Virus record (IMG/VR): IMGVR_UViG_3300047476_000597
Coordinates: 32,001 to 96,000 of that record
DNA: 64,000 bases
Direction: 5' to 3' (one strand)
Origin: a virus
In this document: positions 1 through 8,100 of the stretch, piece by piece
Numbering within the stretch: position 1 is the stretch's first letter
Layout of the letters: each line of letters begins with the position of its first letter
Notes under the pieces: model-generated
The model's database searches: none
Seen by the model: only the letters and a program-made list of their open reading frames with translations
What the model was told of the DNA's origin: nothing
Position numbers and translations under genes: made by a program

Positions 1-164
1 CCTTCATATACCAGTTCCTTAGCATCTTCTTTTGGTGTATATCCCTGCAGTTCTGCTAGTTCTGTTAGTGTTGGGTTGATTGCTACTACTGTACCTTCAA
101 AGAACCCGGTATAGACATCTCTACTACCATAATCTACTACCTGTTTTGCTTTTCCTAGTTTCAT
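1..164 (-). CDS. Partial ORF running off the window edge; crAss-like ssDNA-binding protein candidate
   Basis: My translation MKLGKAKQVVDYGSRDVYTGFFEGTVVAINPTLTELAELQG resembles the N-terminus of crAss-like SSB-type proteins; it lies next to the AAA ATPase. Confidence 0.45.
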   Translation of the reverse strand, partial: MKLGKAKQVVDYGSRDVYTGFFEGTVVAINPTLTELAELQGYTPKEDAKELVYE

Positions 165-197
165 TTTTTGTTTGTTTTTAGTTGTTTGTTTAATTTA

Positions 198-923
198 TTA
201 TATTGTATAGTATTTCTCAATAGAGTTGAATATAAACATAGCATCGTTTGGTATTTCTAGAGGGGTTTCTCCATAACCATCTTTAGAGAACATACCTTCT
301 GGTACTTTTGTAGAAGTATCTTCTTCAAACGTCCTAAGAAAATACTGAGGCTTATTGTCTTTTATTCTTGTATCTGTATACAGTATTACAGAGTAGTGTT
401 GCTCTATCTTGCCTTCAAACTCCTTACCATGAGTAGACATTCTTCTTACCTTGTCTCCTTCGTTGAGTTTTATTAGTTCATCGTGAGATATTACTATGAT
501 GTCTTTCTGTATATTTTTTATCAGTTCAAGATACTCATATACTTGTCTGTTGTAGTTTTTATATACATCAAAACCAGTAAAAGAGGTTCCCATTTCTCTT
601 ATCAACACATTAAACGCCATAGTTTGACTATCTATGATAATAGTTTTTACAGCTGGATTGTTACCGTAATCTTCTAGATTCTTCTTAAACCCTATCCATG
701 TTTTGGGCTGTCCTATGAATGTGAATGGAGTTTCTTGTCTGTATGGAAGGGGTTTTCTTTCCATATTGATGTAACCAGTAGTAAGATGGTCAGCTGTCTT
801 AGATAGATAGCTCTTACCAGTACCAGATTGACCAACAATAGCTACTTTACAATAAAAGTTTCTTGTTGTCTCTTTTTGTTTTTCTTGTGGCAGTATTACA
901 CTGTCTGTTTTTTGTTCTGACAT
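198..923 (-). CDS. AAA-family ATPase (AAA_24/Sak4-like)
   Basis: Walker A GQSGTGKS, Walker B IIIDS, and a SHD motif; located in the replication module. Confidence 0.8.
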   Translation of the reverse strand: MSEQKTDSVILPQEKQKETTRNFYCKVAIVGQSGTGKSYLSKTADHLTTGYINMERKPLPYRQETPFTFIGQPKTWIGFKKNLEDYGNNPAVKTIIIDSQTMAFNVLIREMGTSFTGFDVYKNYNRQVYEYLELIKNIQKDIIVISHDELIKLNEGDKVRRMSTHGKEFEGKIEQHYSVILYTDTRIKDNKPQYFLRTFEEDTSTKVPEGMFSKDGYGETPLEIPNDAMFIFNSIEKYYTI

Positions 924-948
924 ATTGTTTATTTTTTGTTTTTAGTTT

Positions 949-1230
949 TTATACAAAACAAGCTAGATAAGAAGCATCTTCTATCATCCAGTTTAGTTTT
1001 CTTAGTTTTATTACATCTTCTTCTGTTATACCAGCTGCTATCAGATCGTCTATATCTGGGCCATATATTATATCATGACCAGCTGCTTGTAGTATCTCGT
1101 TTTCTGTAGGATCAATGTATTTAGCTATTATCTACATACCTTGAAAGGCGTTATCACCACTCCATTCTGCTTTATATAGCTCTTCATCATCGTGTAGTAT
1201 CTCTATTACTCTTTCTTCTGTTAGTTGCAT
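949..1230 (-). pseudogene. 93-codon phage ORF interrupted by one in-frame TAG at 1132-1134
   Basis: Reads MQLTEERVIEILHDDEELYKAEWSGDNAFQGM*IIAKYIDPTENEILQAAGHDIIYGPDIDDLIAAGITEEDVIKLRKLNWMIEDASYLACFV and fills the intergenic gap exactly. Confidence 0.65.
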
Positions 1231-1240
1231 ATTGTTTGTT

Positions 1241-1459
1241 TTATTCGTTTTCTTTATTTTGTTTTAAACCCTCTTGTAGTTGTTTTATAAGAGTTTCAGT
1301 TTGTTCTGTTGTTAGAAACCAATCATGCCAATTATCTTCTCCAGTTCTTGCTAGAGACAACATAATATCCCTATTATGACGTACACAACCTTGTACTTTT
1401 TTGTTGTAAACTACTAGATGTTCAACAACATCGTCTACATGTTTTACTTGTCTTTCCAT
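1241..1459 (-). CDS. Hypothetical protein
   Basis: ORF in a tightly packed operon with an A-rich leader. Confidence 0.65.
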   Translation of the reverse strand: MERQVKHVDDVVEHLVVYNKKVQGCVRHNRDIMLSLARTGEDNWHDWFLTTEQTETLIKQLQEGLKQNKENE

Positions 1460-1478
1460 TGTTTGTATTTTATTGTTT

Positions 1479-1760
1479 TTATAGTATTCCTGCTATTTTT
1501 AGAGCCTTTTCAGCTACTAGCTCTACTTCCTCATCTCTCCATGTATCTTCTTCATTTTTATCTTTATTGAGGTTGTCCATTGTTTGATAGAGTTCCTGCC
1601 ACTTCATACCATCTTCTATTAGTTGTTTGTAGTGTTCTGTGCAATCTTTCCAACCATTGTTGTATCCATTGTAGTCGTTGTTTATAGCTCCATCTATACT
1701 TCCACACTCAGTTGCATATTGACTAGCTCTTACTCTTATCTGTTCATTTGTTAGTATCAT
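1479..1760 (-). CDS. Hypothetical protein
   Basis: ORF in operon. Confidence 0.65.
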   Translation of the reverse strand: MILTNEQIRVRASQYATECGSIDGAINNDYNGYNNGWKDCTEHYKQLIEDGMKWQELYQTMDNLNKDKNEEDTWRDEEVELVAEKALKIAGIL

Positions 1761-1763
1761 AAC

Positions 1764-2027
1764 CTACTGTTTTATCTTGAATATTACCTTCTCTCCACCT
1801 AGTATTATACGATCTACTACCCACTCAGTACTAGGTATTTTACTACCTACTGATATATACGGACCACCACTAGGATCTATAGCTGTAGGATTCTCTATGT
1901 GTCCATTGATTACTTCTCCTCCTGTTATTCCCATGTAGTGAAGAGTACCTGTCATCTCTACTGTGTCTGGTTCTATTTGTGTGAATAGGATAATATCACC
2001 GTCTCTATTTTTGTACTCTGTTTTCAT
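1764..2027 (-). CDS. Conserved phage hypothetical protein
   Basis: IDPSGGPYISVG motif, which I recall from Bacteroidota-phage proteins; coupled to the upstream gene. Confidence 0.7.
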   Translation of the reverse strand: MKTEYKNRDGDIILFTQIEPDTVEMTGTLHYMGITGGEVINGHIENPTAIDPSGGPYISVGSKIPSTEWVVDRIILGGEKVIFKIKQ

Positions 2028-3529
2028 TATTTTATTGAGTTTTTTATTCTGTTTCTTATTTCTTCTAGTGTTGTTTCTGTTATTACACCATCTTTTAGTA
2101 ATGTTTTTAGTTCACAGTTGTTGACTTCTTTCCATGATACCCGGTCTATTAACATAAAACCACCTATTGGATCTTTATAAACAGCTATCAGTCCTTTTGC
2201 TGATTTTTTAGAGCCACTATCTGTTATCGGGTCTTTGTATATTTCCCTTGGTTGACCAGCTACCTCGCAATATGTGGCTTTTATTGCGCAACCTTGACTA
2301 TCTCTAGTAGCATATCCTAGAGAGTATGAACCAACACCAAACACAACATTAGTAGATGCAAACCCTTTACTTTTGAGTCTTTTACATATTTCCTCTGCTC
2401 TGTCTAGTGTAATAGAATCCCCATATATACAGCCTATGTGAGAATCTAGTACTTTATACCCTTGTTCATTAACTGTACCACCAAAAACATCCCACAGTAG
2501 TTCTACAACACCTTTTTCTTTAGGTAACATTTGTACTTCATTCCAGTTATCTCCTTTATACTCTGAGTGATTAGATACTCTTAAACGTTCTCCGCATATA
2601 ATATCAACAGGATCACCGCTGTCAGGCCGTATTACTATTTTACCATTTCTATTCAGTATTTCATCTTTCAACTGGCAAAGATAGTCAGTACAAACTTTCC
2701 AAAGATCAAAACTATCACTAACAATAGATAGTATACCAGTAGGAAACTGTTTCATTAGTCTTCTGAAACCTTCTATTTCACTTTCTTTTCCATAAGCTGT
2801 CATTACTGCATGTTCACTAGCCGGTACACTAACACCAGCTGAGTATGGTTCATTGTAATAGTACCTAGCAGCTGCAAGAGTAGGTACGGTATCTGTACCA
2901 AAAGAAGAGGTTAAAAACCCAAGACCTGAACTAATAGCAGACTCTGGATGTTGCATACCCCTAAAAGAAAAATCGTGTAGTTGGTAATCTACAAACCACA
3001 TATTGTTACTATCCGTTTCTTTAGCTTCTTTTACTAGTAGTTTTTTGTAGGCATAAACTAAAGAGGCACTATGAAGAGGTTTCCATAATAGACTACTAAT
3101 CAGAGTTTCTAAAAAATTAGTCAACCAAAAAAACTCTGGTAGGGTATTGTGTACTGTTACTATTGGTATTTTTTCTTGCACTACACTACCTTCTGCTAAT
3201 GCCTTTATCTCTATAGGAAGATAGCCTAGGTCATGTAATGCTTCAAAATGACTAACATCATACTCAGAACCAAGATAAGCACTGAGATATTGTCTGGCTT
3301 CTTGACATACTAGATCCTTTGGTTTACTAAAAAACTCTTTGTTATACAAATCTACTATGTATTTTATAGTATACTGAACACCAAAAACCACAATAGCTTT
3401 AGCTTTTTCTGGCATAAAACCAGTGCTTCTAGGAGTAAAATTAGAAAACACTAGTTCTGTATTTTCTGGGTACATAAGATGATGAGATGTTTTATAACCA
3501 TCTGTCATCAATAATGGGTTGTTATTCAT
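2027..3529 (-). CDS. Nicotinamide phosphoribosyltransferase-like protein (Nampt/Namat)
   Basis: Motifs TDGYKTSH, LHDFSFRG, PASEHAVMT, SIVSDS, VIRPDSGDP, IYGDSIT, KKSAKG. Confidence 0.93.
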   Translation of the reverse strand: MNNNPLLMTDGYKTSHHLMYPENTELVFSNFTPRSTGFMPEKAKAIVVFGVQYTIKYIVDLYNKEFFSKPKDLVCQEARQYLSAYLGSEYDVSHFEALHDLGYLPIEIKALAEGSVVQEKIPIVTVHNTLPEFFWLTNFLETLISSLLWKPLHSASLVYAYKKLLVKEAKETDSNNMWFVDYQLHDFSFRGMQHPESAISSGLGFLTSSFGTDTVPTLAAARYYYNEPYSAGVSVPASEHAVMTAYGKESEIEGFRRLMKQFPTGILSIVSDSFDLWKVCTDYLCQLKDEILNRNGKIVIRPDSGDPVDIICGERLRVSNHSEYKGDNWNEVQMLPKEKGVVELLWDVFGGTVNEQGYKVLDSHIGCIYGDSITLDRAEEICKRLKSKGFASTNVVFGVGSYSLGYATRDSQGCAIKATYCEVAGQPREIYKDPITDSGSKKSAKGLIAVYKDPIGGFMLIDRVSWKEVNNCELKTLLKDGVITETTLEEIRNRIKNSIK

Positions 3530-3539
3530 GTTTTTATAT

Positions 3540-3974
3540 TTAAAACTCTACAGTTTGTTCATTTATATTTTTTCTTTTGCTTCTTACTGAGTATGCAGCA
3601 AACTCCAGAATCTCAAGAGCCTCTTCTAGACCAGCTCTATCATCTACGAATATATTAGCGTATATTTTATTCTGATTACCATAAGGAAGATCTATAGGAT
3701 TATTATTGATAGTATCTATTAACAGGCCTTTTTCTTCACAAAACTGCATAATCTCAGGATGCCTTTCTTCTTTACAAGCAGTGAATACTACTATATAGGC
3801 ACCTACTTCCCTGGCTAGTTTTATTTTTTCTATAGTTTCATCACACTGTGCTTGTGTTTGTAATCTCCAAGAGCTTATAGTATCATCATAGTCCACAGCT
3901 ATAATAATCTTACCATGCATCATCCATTCATCTACTAGACGTAAAACGTATTTATTTTCTTTTAGGTTTCTCAT
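3540..3974 (-). CDS. HAD-superfamily hydrolase (cap-less)
   Basis: AVDYDDTI (DxDxT), FTA, KIYANIFVDDR. Confidence 0.75.
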   Translation of the reverse strand: MRNLKENKYVLRLVDEWMMHGKIIIAVDYDDTISSWRLQTQAQCDETIEKIKLAREVGAYIVVFTACKEERHPEIMQFCEEKGLLIDTINNNPIDLPYGNQNKIYANIFVDDRAGLEEALEILEFAAYSVRSKRKNINEQTVEF

Positions 3975-4795
3975 ATTACTTTATATTGTTTTACTATACT
4001 ATTATCAATGTCTGAGTAGCTGTTAGTGCAGTGTACAGTAGATATATACTCTTTTATAGTATTAAAACCACTGCTGAATATACCATGAGTAACGGCTAAC
4101 ACTATCTCTGGGCAATCTAGCTGTGATAGTTTTTTTGCTATTTCTATGAATGTTCTACCACCATCACATATATCATCTATAATAAGGGCTTTTTTGCCCT
4201 TCATAGACACTAGGTTGCCTACAGAGGTAGTTGTAATATTACCATGTACATCTCTTGTTTTAGAGCATACAATGGGTATTTTATCTATGTGCAGCTGTTT
4301 TAATAGTGAGTATATCTTTTTACTAGCCCCCTCATCTGGGCACACTATCTCATAGTCAGACAGCTGGTCTATTACATGGGCTATAAAAACAGCGTTAGAC
4401 TCTACTACAAGATTGTTTATACAAGCATCTGTAACAGCTTCATTATGAGGATCTAATACAGATACATAAGAGTAGTTCTGACTGTTTATAATAGGAGCTA
4501 TTATATCTTTTAGATAAGATGTTCCTCCCTTTTTAAACTGTCTATCACTCCTTCCACCTAGTAGATAAGGAATAAATACTCCTATATCTTTACACCCTAT
4601 TCTTTTTAGTGCAGCTGTAATACATAACAGTATCTCAATATCTTGAAAAGAATTTATTCTGTGTTGTATTTCTATTTTATCATCTTTTTCTATTTTAATA
4701 GGATCAACCCAAGCATCTTGTTGACTATCAGGAAACCATGTTATAAACACAGTGTCATTGTATATGTTAACACTCTTTCTTTGTTGCATTCTCAT
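3971..4795 (-). CDS. PRPP-synthetase-like protein (candidate ADPR-PP synthetase, Adps)
   Basis: PYLLGGRSDR, LDPH, CPDEGA, IIDDICDGGRTF, VTHGIFS. Confidence 0.88.
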   Translation of the reverse strand: MRMQQRKSVNIYNDTVFITWFPDSQQDAWVDPIKIEKDDKIEIQHRINSFQDIEILLCITAALKRIGCKDIGVFIPYLLGGRSDRQFKKGGTSYLKDIIAPIINSQNYSYVSVLDPHNEAVTDACINNLVVESNAVFIAHVIDQLSDYEIVCPDEGASKKIYSLLKQLHIDKIPIVCSKTRDVHGNITTTSVGNLVSMKGKKALIIDDICDGGRTFIEIAKKLSQLDCPEIVLAVTHGIFSSGFNTIKEYISTVHCTNSYSDIDNSIVKQYKVI

Positions 4796-4997
4796 ATGTT
4801 TTTATTAGTTCCTCATATATACTCTTGTAATCACTATGCTGCCCTACATTCATATCAGGAAACATCTCTCGTTTCATATGGAGGGCATCAAAGATAATCT
4901 GTTTTACTTTTTCATCTTGCATTAATAACAGTTTTTCTTCTGCATCTGTCTTTTTTGGTGGTGGCCATACCATGTCATACATTGAGTCGTCTTTCAT
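4767..4997 (-). CDS. Hypothetical protein
   Basis: ORF coupled to both neighbours. Confidence 0.6.
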   Translation of the reverse strand: MKDDSMYDMVWPPPKKTDAEEKLLLMQDEKVKQIIFDALHMKREMFPDMNVGQHSDYKSIYEELIKTYENATKKEC

Positions 4998-6169
4998 TAC
5001 GTTGCTTTATTTAGTATTAACGATTTCTTTGGTGGTTCTATTGATGCCTGTGGTGTTTTGAACCACTCACCGGATGTTACCTCTTTGTACAGATACTCTG
5101 GTGGTGGATTATCTGGTGCTGTTCTTGGCAATATTTTCAATGTACCATATTGAGGATGTATACCTAGTGGGTACCCTATGTTAGCTGCACCAAAATTGTT
5201 CTTAATAATATGCATTGATCTAAAATACTCTAACCCTTCTTCATCTTTCATTTTATGAAGATCATAACCAAGATAGTGATGTCCTGACTCTTTAGTTATG
5301 TGTACGTTGGGATTCAATAGAGCTATTACTATATCTGCTGCTTTTTGTGTTTGTGATGTATCTGCAAAATCACTGAGTTTAGGTACCAGATCTCCTAATC
5401 TCTGTCTTTGTGTACTAGATATATCTCTATTTAGGTGTTGTACTATTACTGGTGACATACCATACACATCTCTTGCGTGTACCATAGTTCTATTGAATTT
5501 GTTTACTAATCCTCTTTCATCTAACCCTTGTTCCTGGTCTAGTACAGATGCATTATCGCCTATTACCAGCACTATGTGATTAGGATGATTAGGCTCGTAT
5601 GTATCTGCAGCCAGTATATTATCATAGCTTTTATCCTCTTTATTCTTTTTGTGTATTGTACCATGTCTTTTAGCAAATGCTTCTATGAACATACTGATAC
5701 CACTAGGATTCTTACTACCATTGATACATACTAGCAGATCATCTTTCTCCCAATCATCTAACAGTTTATACCAGCTGCTTACTAGTTCGTACTGACCTTT
5801 AGTTAGCTTAGTTGTATCTCTACCCAATATTCTTTTAGCTGTTATCTCTTCGCCTACACTCTCATATATCTTTCTTGAGACCCATCGAGCTGTGTATTCT
5901 ACCTGTTTTCTTTCCATCAGGAATGAGATTATAGATAGTCTCACACCTTTTGGTTGATTCTGTAGGTACCAGTCTATAGGGTCTGTTATAAACGTTGTCT
6001 GTACCATGGTTGATTTACCAGCTGTAGGTTCACCGCCTATTAGAATCAACCTATTCTTGGTTATCTCTACATGTTTATTGACTCTTTCTAGATTGACTGG
6101 TATACTGATAGTAACATCTGGATTCATTCCCAGTTTGACCGCTTCATCTAGATCTTTTGCTAAACTCAT
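4997..6169 (-). CDS. dnaB: DnaB-like (SF4) replicative helicase
   Basis: Walker A GGEPTAGKST, VQHLNR, PKLSDFADTSQTQKAADIVI, IIKNNFG. Confidence 0.82.
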   Translation of the reverse strand: MSLAKDLDEAVKLGMNPDVTISIPVNLERVNKHVEITKNRLILIGGEPTAGKSTMVQTTFITDPIDWYLQNQPKGVRLSIISFLMERKQVEYTARWVSRKIYESVGEEITAKRILGRDTTKLTKGQYELVSSWYKLLDDWEKDDLLVCINGSKNPSGISMFIEAFAKRHGTIHKKNKEDKSYDNILAADTYEPNHPNHIVLVIGDNASVLDQEQGLDERGLVNKFNRTMVHARDVYGMSPVIVQHLNRDISSTQRQRLGDLVPKLSDFADTSQTQKAADIVIALLNPNVHITKESGHHYLGYDLHKMKDEEGLEYFRSMHIIKNNFGAANIGYPLGIHPQYGTLKILPRTAPDNPPPEYLYKEVTSGEWFKTPQASIEPPKKSLILNKAT

Positions 6170-6180
6170 TCTATTATTTT

Positions 6181-6666
6181 TTATCCACAGTTAAACTCTT
6201 CAAACTCTTGTACTTCCGGCAAAGATACATTCAACCAGTTTCTCCATTGTTTTTGATTTAACCAGGGTTCCATACCAGAGACATACTCCATTTCATTCCT
6301 ACCTTTTCTATAGCTGTCTTCCATTGTATTAGTAAGAAACACCTTAGCTGCTTTTAGTAGCTGGTCTGCAGTTACTTCTCCACTGTCTATTATTCTGTTG
6401 TATTTTTCTCTTAACAGTTCCTCATTCTTTTTGAATGGTTTATTGCAAACAAAACGCTGTTCTTTATACTCAAAAGACCTCATTGATGGCCATTGATTCC
6501 AAAACGCATCCCATTCTTCAGCTAGATGACCGGCTGGTTTAGTTCTTTTTTTACTTTTCTTGTTAACACTCTTCCAGTGCTCATAGGTACACTCTGTTTG
6601 CATACCCAGCTGGAACTGTTTACCATAGAGTAGTATACTCTCAAACTCTTTCTCTGTAACAGCCAT
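6181..6666 (-). CDS. Replication-associated protein (initiator/helicase-loader-like C-terminus)
   Basis: FWNQWP and PWLNQKQW motifs typical of phage replication-protein C-termini; adjacent to the helicase. Confidence 0.55.
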   Translation of the reverse strand: MAVTEKEFESILLYGKQFQLGMQTECTYEHWKSVNKKSKKRTKPAGHLAEEWDAFWNQWPSMRSFEYKEQRFVCNKPFKKNEELLREKYNRIIDSGEVTADQLLKAAKVFLTNTMEDSYRKGRNEMEYVSGMEPWLNQKQWRNWLNVSLPEVQEFEEFNCG

Positions 6667-6677
6667 AGTCGTGTGTT

Positions 6678-7382
6678 TTAATCTTCATACGCTTCTTTTG
6701 TTGCCTCATATTCAGCATCATCTTCATCTATCTCTATAGTACAACTGTTCATCCATAGTGATGCTAACCATGCTTCTATACTGTGATTGTATATCTTTGT
6801 TTTTCTAGAATCTACTACATCTTCTTTATACCAGACATTACTTATTATATTAGTTTTTTTGTCTATTATCATTTTTATATCATAGCTTTGGTTACTAGAA
6901 TATCTGCTGGTAGATTCTTGTTTCTCTCCTATATTAACCCAGGTATGCCCATAATCAGTTAGTTTTATCTGTAACACTAGCTCCGGGTTTTCATACAGCT
7001 GTCCTCTGTATTTGTTTACTATCTCAGACAGTTTCCAGTTCTGTTTTTCTGGTACAGCCAGTATACTACTGATAGTATCCTTCATCTTTTGTTTGTGTAC
7101 CTCTAGTATACCAACAGCTGACTCCTCTATGACACGTACCATCATTGTTGAGTATGATGACAGCTGAAGAGCATCTAGATTGATCTCTAATTTCTCTTTC
7201 ATTATTTTCTTAACAGAGTCTGCTATATCTTCATATGATGACAGTGCGTTTTCTATTACACCACTCATCATCTTTGTCAGCTGTGTTTCTACCATTTTCT
7301 CTATGGCACCAGACTGTATTTGTTCTTCTATTTTACTTTCGATTATACTCTGTATATCGAGTCCTGTTTTTGTTGTGTTCAT
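6678..7382 (-). CDS. Hypothetical phage protein
   Basis: 234-aa ORF. Confidence 0.7.
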   Translation of the reverse strand: MNTTKTGLDIQSIIESKIEEQIQSGAIEKMVETQLTKMMSGVIENALSSYEDIADSVKKIMKEKLEINLDALQLSSYSTMMVRVIEESAVGILEVHKQKMKDTISSILAVPEKQNWKLSEIVNKYRGQLYENPELVLQIKLTDYGHTWVNIGEKQESTSRYSSNQSYDIKMIIDKKTNIISNVWYKEDVVDSRKTKIYNHSIEAWLASLWMNSCTIEIDEDDAEYEATKEAYED

Positions 7383-7557
7383 TGTTTGTTTTTTATCTTG
7401 TTTAATTTCCGTATAACATTACTCTTTAACCGTATTTCTTCAGCAGCTGTATCAGCTATTGGTCCACTCCATGGATGTTTTACTACCATCTCCCAGTAAT
7501 CCAGTCCTACCTGATGGTGTTTTATTCTTTTATCTATCTCTCTAGTTCTACACCACA

Positions 7558-7782
7558 TTACAGAGAGTTTAAGAGTTCTTCTTTTGTGTGAAACAGCTGC
7601 GATTCTGTATACTTTCCAACACCCATACTTTCCAGCTGGTACACTATTTCTAACAGCTGTTTGCTGTCTACTGGATGTAATTTTTCAGTAATAGTTAGTT
7701 CTCTTACTATAGCTGTCTTAACCTTATCTTGGCTTATTAGCCACACTAGATCTCCTGCTTGGTATTTTGTTTCTATTGTCAT
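7558..7782 (-). CDS. Small SH3-like hypothetical protein
   Basis: MTIETKYQAGDLVW...LFHTKEELLNSL, a pattern common in Bacteroidota phages. Confidence 0.65.
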   Translation of the reverse strand: MTIETKYQAGDLVWLISQDKVKTAIVRELTITEKLHPVDSKQLLEIVYQLESMGVGKYTESQLFHTKEELLNSL

Positions 7783-7793
7783 GTTTTTTGTTT

Positions 7794-8087
7794 TTACTTT
7801 TTGTAGAATATGTGATAGGATTCTTCCAGTTTTATAGTTACCGTACTTAAAAAGGCATACTGATCTTGGATAACATTTGGTATTCCTTGATTATCTTGTA
7901 GTACATAGAATCTTCTTGGTTCTAGTAGTTTTCTTTCAGTGTTATACTCATAAAACTGGTACTCTTTAGCCCATACTACTATATTACCCATCTCTGTACC
8001 GCAAGACAGTATTTCTGCATCTACTATCATTAGTACACTATTTTCACCTTTGTATGGTAGCTGGTACTTTGTTATTTGTGCTGACAT
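7794..8087 (-). CDS. Hypothetical protein
   Basis: ORF in operon. Confidence 0.6.
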   Translation of the reverse strand: MSAQITKYQLPYKGENSVLMIVDAEILSCGTEMGNIVVWAKEYQFYEYNTERKLLEPRRFYVLQDNQGIPNVIQDQYAFLSTVTIKLEESYHIFYKK

Positions 8088-8100
8088 GCTTTTTGTATTA

